IMG/VR virus record: IMGVR_UViG_3300045988_115142
Direction: 5' to 3' (one strand)
Source of the DNA: a virus
DNA length: 64,000 nt
The position numbers and the translations under genes are program-made. Shown piece by piece: positions 25,183 to 34,840 of this stretch (position 1 is the stretch's first letter; each line of letters starts with the position of its first letter). A model generated the notes under the pieces. The model was not told the origin of the DNA. It worked only from the letters and a program-made list of their open reading frames with translations, and searched no databases.

Positions 25183-25689
25183 ATGAAATTTGAAAAAGTC
25201 TCTTTAAAAACTTTCATACAAGAAGTACGAGAATCGTACTTATGGAAATACAGAGAGTATACTGATGAAGAATTAGAAATCTTCTATAATCGAATTCAAC
25301 TTCCTGAAAGATCTACAGCTGGTTCTGCAGGATATGATTTCGTAAATCCATTCAATACAATTGAACTAAATACGACTAATGTAGAAATTCCTACTGGTAT
25401 TAAAGTACAACTAGATCCAGATAAGATCTTGATGTTAGCACCACGATCTTCATCCGCAAGAAATGGTTATATGTTCTCTAATACTTTAGGTATCATCGAT
25501 AGTGATTACTACAACAATCCAACTAACGAAGGTTGTATTAGAGTATCTCTTAAAGCTATGGGCACTAGTCATCCTATATTCGACTATGGTGATAAAATTG
25601 CTCAAGGTGTTATTTTACAATACTTTACAACTGAAGATGATAAAGCTACTGGTAAACGTACTGGTGGTCATGGTTCTACTGGTAAATAA
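25183..25689 (+). CDS. dut: dUTP pyrophosphatase (trimeric dUTPase)
   Basis: Motifs AGSAGYD, APRSS, GIIDSDY and C-terminal RTGGHGSTGK. Confidence 0.85.
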   Translation: MKFEKVSLKTFIQEVRESYLWKYREYTDEELEIFYNRIQLPERSTAGSAGYDFVNPFNTIELNTTNVEIPTGIKVQLDPDKILMLAPRSSSARNGYMFSNTLGIIDSDYYNNPTNEGCIRVSLKAMGTSHPIFDYGDKIAQGVILQYFTTEDDKATGKRTGGHGSTGK

Positions 25690-25702
25690 AGGATAGGAAA
25701 CA

Positions 25703-28105
25703 ATGGCTGAAAAAATTATCCAAGCTAATATCTTGGAACAATCTAAACGTGACTTGACTACTTATGCAATATATGTAGCTCGTCGTCGTGCATTACCAAA
25801 TCCTTTCGATGGATTAAAACCAGTTCATCGGAAGATTCTATATTCTCTATTTTATGATTTTGGTAAACAAACTCGTCGTAGAGAAACAATTAAAACTCAA
25901 GCAGTTGTAGGTAACGTATTACAGAAGTATCATCCACATGGTGATTCATCTGTAAATGCTTCTATCAAACCTATGACTAACTGGTTTGAATCTTATATCC
26001 CAACTATTGACCATCAAGGTTCATTCGGTAATATGTCTGGAGATGGTGCAGCAGCTCCTCGTTATACAGAAGTAATGATTTCCGATTATGGTCTTGAATG
26101 TGTAGTTGGTGATCTTGCACAATCTCCAAACTCTACTGATTGGCAAGAAACTTATAATGGTTCTGAAAGAGAACCAATCTACTTCCCAGCAGTTGTACCA
26201 AACTTGTTAGTTAATGGTGCATTTGGTATTGCTGTAGGTTTAAGAACTTCTGTACCTAAGCATAACATTTCTGAAGTAATTGCAGCAACTATTAATTTAA
26301 TTCAAAACCCTAGTGCTGATGTAGTATTATTGCCAGATGACTGTTGTGGTTGTGATATTGTAGAAGCAGACTTCAAAAAGATTTCCGAAACAGGTAAAGG
26401 TACTTTTAAAGTACGTGCTCAAACAGAAATTTGCGAGTTCAATAAGAAACCTGCAATTAAAATCACTTCTTTACCACCTATGGTATATCTATCTAATATT
26501 CAAAGTAAGATTGAAAAATTAGTAGAAGGTAATGTATTACCACAAATCGAAGAAGTACTCGATGATTCTCAAGTAGATGAAAAGAATGTAGCATTCGATA
26601 AATTCACAGCTTATATTATGCTTAAGAAAGGCTGTGATCCTAACTACGTTAGAGATTGTTTATATTCTCTTACAGATTTAGAGAAAACTATTTCTGTAAA
26701 TATGGAAGTAGTTTATAATGAAGCACCAGCTTTATTGAACTATAAACAATATTTGGAAATCTTCATTAACTTCCGTCGTGAACGTAAGTATCGTGCTTTC
26801 TCCAATATCTTATCCGAAGCTAAAACAAAATTCCATAGAATGGAAGCATTTGTTAACTTATTAGAAACAGGTAAGATTGATGCTGTAATCACTAAGATTC
26901 GTTCTAAGAATCTTAAAGAAGCTGAGTTACAAGAATTCTTGATGAAAGATATTAAGATGAAGAACCCATTGACACCTTTGCAATGTAGTTACATCTTATC
27001 TGCTCAACTTAAAGCACTTTCTAAAGAACGTTTGGGGTATTACAAAGACCAAATGGCTGAAGCAGCTAAAGTAATCGATCAATGCTTCCACACAATTACA
27101 CATCCAGAAGAAATTGATCGTATTATTATCGAAGAACTCAAAGCAGCTGATAAGAAGTTTGGTTGTCCTCGTCGTAGTAAGTTCATTTCTGCTTCTGAAG
27201 CAGCTGGTATCCCAGAAGGTACTTTCAAAGTAGTACTTACAGAAAAAGGTATTATTAAGAAATGCGACCAATCTGAAAATATCCGTGAATTGAAAGATGA
27301 CCGCATCAAGTTGAACTTGGTTGTTGATAATAAAGACAATCTACTTCTATTCAGTCGTCTTGGTAAGGTATTTAAAGTACCAGTAAACAAAGTTCCATTC
27401 GGTAAAGGTGCTTCTGGTGGTGTAGATCTTCGTGTTCTTATGAAGAAATATACTGGTGAAGGTATTTGTACTATTATTCCAGAATCTGTAGTTGAACAAA
27501 TCATCGAAAATAGTAAAAAGAACAAAGAACGTGTTCTTGTTTATGTGATGACAAAGAATGGTATCTTTAAGTCTATGGATATTGCTGAATTACTTGGAGT
27601 TCCATTAAGTGGGTTAATCTATACTAAGTTATCTGACAATGATATGGTAGCTGATATCATTTTCATGGGTCAGTATAACGAAATGATTATTTACTCTAAT
27701 AATAAAATCCTTAGAGTTCCTGGAACTGAAGCTCCTATGCTTACACGTTCAGCTAAAGGTGTTATTGGTATGAAATCTAAGAATAAAGTCGATGGTTTCA
27801 TCTGTTTAACTCCTAATTCTACTGACGTTGTAATCATTACAGCTTCTGGTAGAGTAAATCGTATTCCATTAGCTATTGTACCATTGTCTAAACGTGGTAT
27901 GGCAGGTATGACTGGTATTAAATTGAATAAAACTGATTCTATCGTTTCTATTCATGTATGTAATGCTCATGATACTCTTAATGTAGTATCTATGAAAGAA
28001 AAATACCAAATTCCTGTAGCTAGTATTCCAGAAGGTTCTAGTGTTAGTACTGGTGCTAAACTTATTGATGCTTCTGGTATCATTCATACTTCTATTTCTC
28101 GATAA
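25703..28105 (+). CDS. Type II DNA topoisomerase, DNA breakage-reunion subunit (GyrA/ParC-like; T4 gp52-like)
   Basis: GLKPVHRKILY, KYHPHGDSS, and the catalytic Tyr context AAAPRYTE. The long C-terminal region has repeated G-rich beta-strand segments. Confidence 0.9.
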   Translation: MAEKIIQANILEQSKRDLTTYAIYVARRRALPNPFDGLKPVHRKILYSLFYDFGKQTRRRETIKTQAVVGNVLQKYHPHGDSSVNASIKPMTNWFESYIPTIDHQGSFGNMSGDGAAAPRYTEVMISDYGLECVVGDLAQSPNSTDWQETYNGSEREPIYFPAVVPNLLVNGAFGIAVGLRTSVPKHNISEVIAATINLIQNPSADVVLLPDDCCGCDIVEADFKKISETGKGTFKVRAQTEICEFNKKPAIKITSLPPMVYLSNIQSKIEKLVEGNVLPQIEEVLDDSQVDEKNVAFDKFTAYIMLKKGCDPNYVRDCLYSLTDLEKTISVNMEVVYNEAPALLNYKQYLEIFINFRRERKYRAFSNILSEAKTKFHRMEAFVNLLETGKIDAVITKIRSKNLKEAELQEFLMKDIKMKNPLTPLQCSYILSAQLKALSKERLGYYKDQMAEAAKVIDQCFHTITHPEEIDRIIIEELKAADKKFGCPRRSKFISASEAAGIPEGTFKVVLTEKGIIKKCDQSENIRELKDDRIKLNLVVDNKDNLLLFSRLGKVFKVPVNKVPFGKGASGGVDLRVLMKKYTGEGICTIIPESVVEQIIENSKKNKERVLVYVMTKNGIFKSMDIAELLGVPLSGLIYTKLSDNDMVADIIFMGQYNEMIIYSNNKILRVPGTEAPMLTRSAKGVIGMKSKNKVDGFICLTPNSTDVVIITASGRVNRIPLAIVPLSKRGMAGMTGIKLNKTDSIVSIHVCNAHDTLNVVSMKEKYQIPVASIPEGSSVSTGAKLIDASGIIHTSISR

Positions 28106-28116
28106 AGATAATAAAT

Positions 28117-28142
28117 CCCATAACCTAATATTAGGTTATGGG
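28117..28142 (+). terminator. Intrinsic terminator, perfect 26-nt palindrome
   Basis: CCCATAACCTAATATTAGGTTATGGG followed by TTATCTTTTATT. Confidence 0.8.
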
Positions 28143-28164
28143 TTATCTTTTATTGGAGGTTAAA

Positions 28165-28815
28165 ATGTCACATACAGTTGCACTAATCTTCACTATTATA
28201 ACCATAGCAGTTCTAGGATTGATGGTTATTAACTTACTTTGGATTAGTGGTATTTATATCGATACATTTGGCATGGCTTATCCTGCTAAACTGGATATAT
28301 ATCGAAAGTTTAAGAAATTAATTACCGAAAGAACACCAGAAAATGTTAAAGAAATGCTATTCTTATTTGGGTTAAGTGAATTCGAATACCCAAGCGGTAC
28401 AGCATTCAGTATATCTATGCCAAATAAGATAGATTTGCAACCAATGAAAGGTGTTCTTATTAGAATCGGTAGTGTTGTCGATTTGATTACACACAAACCA
28501 CTGTTTGTAAGACTTCTCGGTAAGAAGAAAGCAAATACTTTTATTGAAATATATAATGGTGCTGCCGAAGGTAAAGCTATTATTGCTTACACTAGAATAA
28601 ATGCTGACGATGGTACCCCATTTTCAACATTTTCGGTATTCTTATACTCAAACTCGGATTTTGAAACTCTTAAGATAGATATACATAATCCGAATTCATT
28701 ATTTGCTTGTGCATATATAGCAGATTTCTCTATAGTATATAAACGTTATCTTACTTTAGGAGAATCTAAATTCATGCATGACTATATGATGGAAAAAGAA
28801 AATAAAGAAGCTTAG
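28165..28815 (+). CDS. Hypothetical membrane protein
   Basis: The ATG at 28165 is preceded by TGGAGGT. N-terminal TM helix VALIFTIITIAVLGLMVINLLWI. The track start 28138 lies inside the terminator. Confidence 0.7.
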   Translation: MSHTVALIFTIITIAVLGLMVINLLWISGIYIDTFGMAYPAKLDIYRKFKKLITERTPENVKEMLFLFGLSEFEYPSGTAFSISMPNKIDLQPMKGVLIRIGSVVDLITHKPLFVRLLGKKKANTFIEIYNGAAEGKAIIAYTRINADDGTPFSTFSVFLYSNSDFETLKIDIHNPNSLFACAYIADFSIVYKRYLTLGESKFMHDYMMEKENKEA

Positions 28816-28823
28816 CCTTCTTT
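28804..28823 (+). terminator. Weak A/U-rich terminator hairpin
   Basis: AAAGAAG-CTTAGC-CTTCTTT followed by ATTTTTTG. Overlaps the stop of 28165..28815. Confidence 0.4.
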
Positions 28824-28862
28824 ATTTTTTGTTTACTTTTGATTAAAGGAGGTAATTTAATA

Positions 28863-29198
28863 ATGAATATTAAAACTGGAGATATTATTAAATTCGTGAA
28901 TAAGAATAAACGTTCACTTAATAAAGATTTCACTGTTCATATTCAACATGATCACAAAGGTTGTAAACCTTCAGTAGTTACTAAATTTACTGAAGCATCT
29001 TCTGAAGACTTAACACCAATGAGTAATACTGTAGTAGAAAAAGCTACTCAATACACTAAGTTCTTAAAAGGTTTTGATCCTGAAACAGTAGTACTCAATA
29101 AATGTAACACTTGTGGTAAAATCTTCTATGCTGATTCTCTTGATATCGGTGAGAATGGTGAATTGGTTATTAGTGGTAAAGAAACTAAAGAAGACTAA
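28863..29198 (+). CDS. Hypothetical protein
   Basis: AAAGGAGG upstream of the ATG at 28863. One CxxC (CNTCGK) near the C-terminus. Confidence 0.7.
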   Translation: MNIKTGDIIKFVNKNKRSLNKDFTVHIQHDHKGCKPSVVTKFTEASSEDLTPMSNTVVEKATQYTKFLKGFDPETVVLNKCNTCGKIFYADSLDIGENGELVISGKETKED

Positions 29199-29203
29199 GA
29201 TGT

Positions 29204-30385
29204 ATGAAGAATAATACTAGCGTAATCAAGAAACTTGTATATCCTATAGTACAAGAAGCTATGGATAAACGAGGTAAACGTGAATTTGCTAAGATATTCA
29301 AAGAATTTATTGATGCTAGAGCTGAATATGTATTCTCTACTTTACCTTTAAAACGAATTCCATACACTAAAGCAGATTCAGATAAACTATTTGCTGGTAT
29401 TGGTATAGATATCAATCTAGTTAAAGATGCTATCGCTAATACTTATTATGGTGATGACAAACGGTATAACTTCGTAGCACCACAAGACCCAACATCTGTA
29501 CTATGTCTCTGTATCGTAAAATACTTTATGGATAAACATGATACAAAGATGCTAGAATTAGCATCGGTGTATATGGGATTCACTGGTAAATTCTATCCTT
29601 CATTACACTATCGCTCTTTCCCTATTGAACCAGTAGATTATGTAATGGAATGGGTAGTAAATAATGCGATGTCTCAGAAGTTCGATATCGTAAGTAAAGG
29701 TAATATCTTTGGTGCTATTCGCTCTAAATGTCAAGTATGGTATAGTACGTATAAGACTAAGTTCAGAGACTTCGATGACGATGATGTAGTATACATAATC
29801 TTACAGTTACGGAACCGTTTGGGAGACTTTATTAAAAATATTGCTAAAGAATACTATAAAGCATATGAAAATAAAGACTACATGGTATACAATTCCGATA
29901 ATGAAGATTCTGAAAACCCATCAGAGTATAGAATTGCTAAATCAGACTCTTTCTTAGCCGAAAAGAATATCGATAAAACTATGGCGTTCATAACTGCTGG
30001 TGGTGTATCATATAGAAACTGTAAACTTGCTTCTAATACAGCAGTTAAAACAGATGAACTCAAATCTATTATCGAATCCATTACCAATACACCGAATGCT
30101 ACTCGTAAGATTCGTGAAGTTATATCTATCATGATATATACTTACTTTGAACAATCTAAAGATAAAGATGTTTTGAATATGGATTTCATTGTATTTACCA
30201 CAAACCCAAAACCAAATTCAAAAGATCCTCATATTGCTCGAATGAAACAAATTATAGAAGATTGGTTAGAAACAGGTTCTATTGCATACCGTAGACGTAA
30301 ACAACGTCTAGCTACTAGAAACTTATATTTCAAATCAATCCTCATGTATTTTGCTATGAGTATCTATGAAGCAAATAAACGATAA
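29204..30385 (+). CDS. Hypothetical protein
   Basis: 393-aa track ORF, tightly following the upstream stop. No motif recognised with confidence. Confidence 0.75.
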   Translation: MKNNTSVIKKLVYPIVQEAMDKRGKREFAKIFKEFIDARAEYVFSTLPLKRIPYTKADSDKLFAGIGIDINLVKDAIANTYYGDDKRYNFVAPQDPTSVLCLCIVKYFMDKHDTKMLELASVYMGFTGKFYPSLHYRSFPIEPVDYVMEWVVNNAMSQKFDIVSKGNIFGAIRSKCQVWYSTYKTKFRDFDDDDVVYIILQLRNRLGDFIKNIAKEYYKAYENKDYMVYNSDNEDSENPSEYRIAKSDSFLAEKNIDKTMAFITAGGVSYRNCKLASNTAVKTDELKSIIESITNTPNATRKIREVISIMIYTYFEQSKDKDVLNMDFIVFTTNPKPNSKDPHIARMKQIIEDWLETGSIAYRRRKQRLATRNLYFKSILMYFAMSIYEANKR

Positions 30386-30391
30386 AAAGGT

Positions 30392-30415
30392 CCACTACCC
30401 AATATTGGGTAGTGG
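30392..30415. terminator. Bidirectional terminator between convergent genes
   Basis: CCACTACCCAATATTGGGTAGTGG, a perfect palindrome with A-run upstream and T-run downstream. Sits between 29204..30385 (+) and 30428..31531 (-). Confidence 0.8.
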
Positions 30416-30427
30416 TATTCTTTTCGC

Positions 30428-31531
30428 TTATTTATCAAGGTAATAGTCAACACCACGAACTTGGTTGTTATTGGTATCAGAACGTTGTTTATCAAAACTT
30501 TTCTTGATATCGGATTTAGCACGTTGTACAATATAGTTATCATCGTCATCTTTGAGATATTGTTCGATAGTCTTTTCGATCTTTTTGATATCCTCTTGGA
30601 TTTTCTTCTTATCGGAAGGTTTAAGAGTTTTATTGTGCTTCAATTCATATTCAAGATATGTAATTACATCAGCAGCACGTTCACCGAAGTCTGGATGCGT
30701 TTTTACATCAGATAAAGTATTGATGAAAATTCTTAGTTCGAATAAAGCTTTATCAAAGAAGTTCAAATCTTCAATACGAGATGTTGTTTGTCCAGAACGG
30801 AAATCATTTAATCTATCTTCAGTAATTTTAAGAACTTGAGGAATGAAAGAACCATAACCAAACATAGAAGCAAATTGGTCAGCAAAAGTTTCTTTCTTCC
30901 ATACACGGTCTTTCAAACCTACATATACTTTACCAAATATATTGTAAAGCACATTACTGGTCAAAAGTAAACGCTTTCTTTCAGCACCAAGTAAATTGAA
31001 ACGAGAAAGAGTTTGATAAATACTTTCTACAGTTTCTTCACGATGCATAACCATACGGAATTGTTTTTCAAATGTATGACCAATCTCATGTAAGATTGTA
31101 GCCATACCTAACTTAGCATCTTTACATTTACGAAGGAAGTTAGTATTTAAATAAATATCAACCCATGGTTGATATTTATCATTGAATTTAAAGGTACCTT
31201 TATTCATATCAATACTGACTACTTTACGGACGCTAGCTAGGTTATCTTGTGCAAAGAAACCAGTAGGCATTGTCCATCGAATAGATGCTGGTCCGCATTC
31301 GGAACTCAATACTATATCGGATTTATAATAGAATCCAAATTGGTCACATAGAGAGTTGCACATAATTTCTAATTTATCTCTAAAGAAATCCATGTTTTTG
31401 TCTGTAATAGACTCTTTAAGTAATCTATCGATAATATCTTGTAAAGCTTTTTCTGCTTTAAAGATAGGCTTAGGAATATTCGAAAAATACGCTTCAAGAT
31501 AATATTCTTGCTCAAAATCTTTATAATCCAT
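30428..31531 (-). CDS. Zn-metallopeptidase-like protein (HExxH)
   Basis: ATILHEIGHTFE contains the canonical HExxH motif. AGGAGG upstream on the minus strand. Family not determined. Confidence 0.6.
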   Translation of the reverse strand: MDYKDFEQEYYLEAYFSNIPKPIFKAEKALQDIIDRLLKESITDKNMDFFRDKLEIMCNSLCDQFGFYYKSDIVLSSECGPASIRWTMPTGFFAQDNLASVRKVVSIDMNKGTFKFNDKYQPWVDIYLNTNFLRKCKDAKLGMATILHEIGHTFEKQFRMVMHREETVESIYQTLSRFNLLGAERKRLLLTSNVLYNIFGKVYVGLKDRVWKKETFADQFASMFGYGSFIPQVLKITEDRLNDFRSGQTTSRIEDLNFFDKALFELRIFINTLSDVKTHPDFGERAADVITYLEYELKHNKTLKPSDKKKIQEDIKKIEKTIEQYLKDDDDNYIVQRAKSDIKKSFDKQRSDTNNNQVRGVDYYLDK

Positions 31532-31599
31532 TATAATGAAAATCCTCCTTTTCTTTTTGAACTTAATATCATTACTTAACTGTTTTAAGCGGAAGATTA

Positions 31600-31623
31600 C
31601 CCATAGCCAATATTGACTATGGG
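31600..31623. repeat. Copy of the CCCATAGCCAATATTG... palindrome located in a divergent promoter region
   Basis: CCCATAGCCAATATTGACTATGGG (one mismatch). The first 16 nt are identical to 63915-63930. No T-run on either side. Confidence 0.6.
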
Positions 31624-31784
31624 TTAATCCGGAAGGTTAGAATTAAAGATAGAAATCGTCGCATTAACAGGGATTAGCTATTGATCTCTACTAATATGTT
31701 TCCTCTAGTGTAAAAACCAATCTATGCTGAACATTTGTATAATCCTACCCTACCTAAATTAATTAAAGGAGGTACTTACGCTAA

Positions 31785-32525
31785 ATGGCTATAACTAAGA
31801 AACAACGTCATGATGTAGAGATGTTGATATACAAAGTTATGGATACTTTAGACCCAACAGAACAGAACTCTGCTTGGTATAAAGAGAAATTCCGTAATAT
31901 GAATGACGATCAGTTCTATAAATTCTTCCAACAAGAATTCCCTATTAAATTCCAAATGAAAGTATTCGAAATCGAACCTAATTTGGAACAAATGTATGCG
32001 GTAATGGATAATATCCTCCATGTACCAGTAATGGAGAATGTTAATCTACCATTCTTATATAGAAATAAAGACGGTAAACCTGTAGGAACTAACTACAAAG
32101 CAACCGTAGTTTATGTCCCAATGAAAAAGATGAAACAGTTCTTGGCTAAAAAGAACTCCATGTCTATCAATATCGACGAACGTAATATGAAAACAGGACG
32201 TTTATTAGGTGCAGATAAGAACGGTAACACTTCTGACCGTGAATTTGAATGTATGGCTGTAATGGGTTTAGAGAAAACTATGAAAGAGTTCTCTACTTAT
32301 AGAGCTGATACTGTAAATGCTAAAAACGAGTTCTACAATACAATAGCGACTAAAGGTATGGTATCATTAGATGATGTCGATGTATCTGTAGACGACTCTA
32401 TTTCTCGTAATACGTTAAATGCATATCTTATTGGTGCTGGTATTAATACAAACCTTATCAATATTGGTAATTACTTACCAGGTACTGTAAAAGGTAAAGA
32501 AGCTGTCAAAATTAAGCGTCAATAA
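31785..32525 (+). CDS. Hypothetical protein
   Basis: Track ORF with AAAGGAGG upstream. No confident motif. Confidence 0.75.
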   Translation: MAITKKQRHDVEMLIYKVMDTLDPTEQNSAWYKEKFRNMNDDQFYKFFQQEFPIKFQMKVFEIEPNLEQMYAVMDNILHVPVMENVNLPFLYRNKDGKPVGTNYKATVVYVPMKKMKQFLAKKNSMSINIDERNMKTGRLLGADKNGNTSDREFECMAVMGLEKTMKEFSTYRADTVNAKNEFYNTIATKGMVSLDDVDVSVDDSISRNTLNAYLIGAGINTNLINIGNYLPGTVKGKEAVKIKRQ

Positions 32526-32600
32526 TAGTGAATTTAACTGTATATTATATTCTTGATAAGTCTATTGAAAATTTAAATATAGAAAAGGAGGTGTAGACTT

Positions 32601-32729
32601 ATGTCCGAAGATAAAAATCAAGTAGGTGTTATCCATGAAGTGGGTGACTTTGGTTTAATTGGTGAATTGTCCCAAGAGGATCAAAAAGCCTTTAAAGAAA
32701 AAGACAAAAAAGAAAATAAGGCTGAATAA
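32601..32729 (+). CDS. 42-aa hypothetical protein
   Basis: Below the track cutoff. AAAGGAGG lies 9 nt upstream. Encodes MSEDKNQVGVIHEVGDFGLIGELSQEDQKAFKEKDKKENKAE. Followed by a terminator. Confidence 0.55.
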   Translation: MSEDKNQVGVIHEVGDFGLIGELSQEDQKAFKEKDKKENKAE

Positions 32730-32739
32730 TTTTAAAGTT

Positions 32740-32768
32740 AGGTGCTCTACTATATTGGTAGAGCACCT
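32740..32768 (+). terminator. Intrinsic terminator
   Basis: AGGTGCTCTAC...GTAGAGCACCT (11-12 bp) followed by TTTATTATCC. Confidence 0.8.
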
Positions 32769-32855
32769 TTTATTATCCTTTATTACAAAATATTTATCGA
32801 AAGGTGGCTGAGTTATTAAAAGTACGATAAAGGATTGTCTAAAGGAGGAAATACG

Positions 32856-33593
32856 ATGTATAAATTTTTAGAAAAACACAAAGGATTTATGACTAGATTT
32901 CTTTGTATTATAATAGCCGCATTATTGGTATCTAACGTATTCATGTTAGAACGTGCCAGTGCACTTGAAATGAAAATACAAAGTGCTCAAGAACAGATTG
33001 AACAACATGACGAATATATTAGCAAGCATGTTGAAGAAATAAAAGAAGTTACTAAAGCACAACAAACTGTAAAAAATCATATCGATGCAATGACAAAACA
33101 TGAAGATGCTATCAATGCCATTAAAGGTGGTTATGGATACGATTCAGACTTATCAAACAACAACCCATCTTCTCTATTAACAGCTGATGATATGAATAAG
33201 ATCATCAATTACTGGATAGAACGGAGAGGTGTATCTAAAGAGTTTGCTGGTAAAGGACAAGCTTTTATCAATGCTTCTATTCAAACAGGAATGAACCCTA
33301 TCTATATTCTAGCTCATGCAGCTGCAGAATCTGGTTGGGGTAGTTCTCATTTGGCTAGGACTCGTCACAATTATTTCGGTATCAATGCAGTAGACCAAGA
33401 TCCTGGTAGAGCTTCTACAATGGGTGGAAGTTTAGAAGAAGGTATTACTGCTGGTGCTGATTGGATTAAGCGTCATTTCTATAACAATGGTTATACTTCG
33501 CTTAGATCTATGAAACATGGTAATTATGCTACCGATCCTAAATGGGCTGGTAATATTTTACATATAATGAATGAAAGTGTTTCAGTATTGTAG
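32856..33593 (+). CDS. Membrane-anchored GH73 N-acetylglucosaminidase (peptidoglycan hydrolase)
   Basis: The C-terminal domain carries the GH73 signature AHAAAESGWGSS...HNYFGINA. N-terminal TM/signal-anchor FLCIIIAALLVSNVFML is followed by a coiled-coil-like segment. AAAGGAGG upstream of the ATG at 32856. Confidence 0.75.
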   Translation: MYKFLEKHKGFMTRFLCIIIAALLVSNVFMLERASALEMKIQSAQEQIEQHDEYISKHVEEIKEVTKAQQTVKNHIDAMTKHEDAINAIKGGYGYDSDLSNNNPSSLLTADDMNKIINYWIERRGVSKEFAGKGQAFINASIQTGMNPIYILAHAAAESGWGSSHLARTRHNYFGINAVDQDPGRASTMGGSLEEGITAGADWIKRHFYNNGYTSLRSMKHGNYATDPKWAGNILHIMNESVSVL

Positions 33594-33607
33594 AAAGGAA
33601 TTTGAAA

Positions 33608-34759
33608 ATGCTATTAAATGCAAAAGTAATTGGCATTGGTGCAGCTGGTAACAAAGCTACTATTGCCTTATTTAAGAAATATCCTGAGATTGCTAAGGAT
33701 ATGGTTTTAATCAACTCTACGTTAAAAGATATTCCAGAAGAATATCATGACCGTGCTATTGAATTAGATGGTGAATATCGTGGTTGTGCTAAAGAACGTA
33801 CAATTGCTAATCAAATGATGGTAGATACTCTTAAGAGTGGTCATTTCGAATATGAAAAAGACCCTAAAGATTGTATGACTATCATTGTTACATCTTCTGA
33901 AGGTGGTACTGGTTCTGGTGCATCTGTACTTCTAGCAAACTACTTGCACAAAGTACATGGTACACATATCCACTTCTTCGTATTCACTGGTTTTGAAGAC
34001 GACGTTCGTGGATTAAAAAATACAGTAGATCTATTCAAAGAAATGGATGATAGCTTTACAGTAGAAGCTTTATCTAACAAATCTTTCTTAGAAGCTGCTG
34101 GTAATAATCGTTTACGTGCAGAACAATTAGCAAATGAAAAGTTTGCTGATAACGTAAACATCTTATTAGGTGGTACTATTAATAAATCTTCTCAAAATAT
34201 TGATGAATCCGATTTGTTAAAAACTGTACGTACACCTGGTTTTATGTATATTGACCGTGTCAATATGACTAAAATCAAAAACTCTGATGATTTCAACCGT
34301 CGTATTACTGAAGTAATTGATGATATGAAATCTTTAGAAACCCAACCATCTGCAAAGCGTATCGCTACAGTTCTTGATGTAAAAGAACGTGCATTAGAAT
34401 TCATTGACTTTGGTTATGAAGTTATTAAGAAACGTTTTGGTATGCCTTTCGAAGCATTCTCTCATGTGCAAGACTTACATGAACCTGAATACTTAGATAT
34501 TATTGTATCTGGTTTGAAAATGCCTATCAATGAAATCGAAAAGACATACGAAGATTTCAAAGAACGTTCTAAGTTTGTAGATACTACAGCTGATGACTTC
34601 TTCAACAAAGAATATGCTACTAATGCAGATATCTTTGATACACTTCAAGCAGATGCAACACCGGCAGATGTAGACGCTGCCAAAGATGACTTCTTTAAAT
34701 CTCTTGGTAAAGATAAAAAAGAAGAATCTAAGAAAATTAAAGTTGTACAAGACTTTTAG
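33608..34759 (+). CDS. Tubulin/FtsZ-superfamily GTPase (PhuZ/TubZ-like phage tubulin)
   Basis: T1-loop VIGIGAAGNK, tubulin signature T4-loop SSEGGTGSGAS (GGGTGSG), T7-like NIDESDL, and a charged C-terminal tail (...AAKDDFFKSLGKDKKEESKKIKVVQDF). ATG 33608 is preferred over TTG 33602. Confidence 0.8.
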   Translation: MLLNAKVIGIGAAGNKATIALFKKYPEIAKDMVLINSTLKDIPEEYHDRAIELDGEYRGCAKERTIANQMMVDTLKSGHFEYEKDPKDCMTIIVTSSEGGTGSGASVLLANYLHKVHGTHIHFFVFTGFEDDVRGLKNTVDLFKEMDDSFTVEALSNKSFLEAAGNNRLRAEQLANEKFADNVNILLGGTINKSSQNIDESDLLKTVRTPGFMYIDRVNMTKIKNSDDFNRRITEVIDDMKSLETQPSAKRIATVLDVKERALEFIDFGYEVIKKRFGMPFEAFSHVQDLHEPEYLDIIVSGLKMPINEIEKTYEDFKERSKFVDTTADDFFNKEYATNADIFDTLQADATPADVDAAKDDFFKSLGKDKKEESKKIKVVQDF

Positions 34760-34783
34760 AGTCAAACTAAAGGAAGAACATTT

Positions 34784-34807
34784 CCCATACCCAATATTGG
34801 GTATGGG
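34784..34807 (+). terminator. Intrinsic terminator, perfect palindrome
   Basis: CCCATACCCAATATTGGGTATGGG, extendable by an outer helix (AGGAAGAAC/GTTCTTTC), followed by a T-rich tract. Confidence 0.8.
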
Positions 34808-34840
34808 AGTTCTTTCGCAAAATCTATAAGGGGGTAAAGT

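Noticed and set aside
26996-28087. Minus-strand ORFs inside the GyrA-like gene (91, 148 and 72 aa)
   Set aside because: They are antisense to a confidently identified gene and have no SD.
29204-30385. FRDFDDDDVVY as the catalytic NADFDGD loop of an RNAP beta-prime fragment
   Set aside because: It is only a run of Asp residues. None of the flanking beta-prime motifs is present, so the protein is left as hypothetical.
31785-32525. GRLLGADKNGNTSDRE resembling the beta-prime LLGKRVDYSGRS motif
   Set aside because: The similarity is limited to LLG and a loose S-x-R, requires gaps, and has no supporting motifs. It is insufficient for a call, though worth including in an HHpred run.
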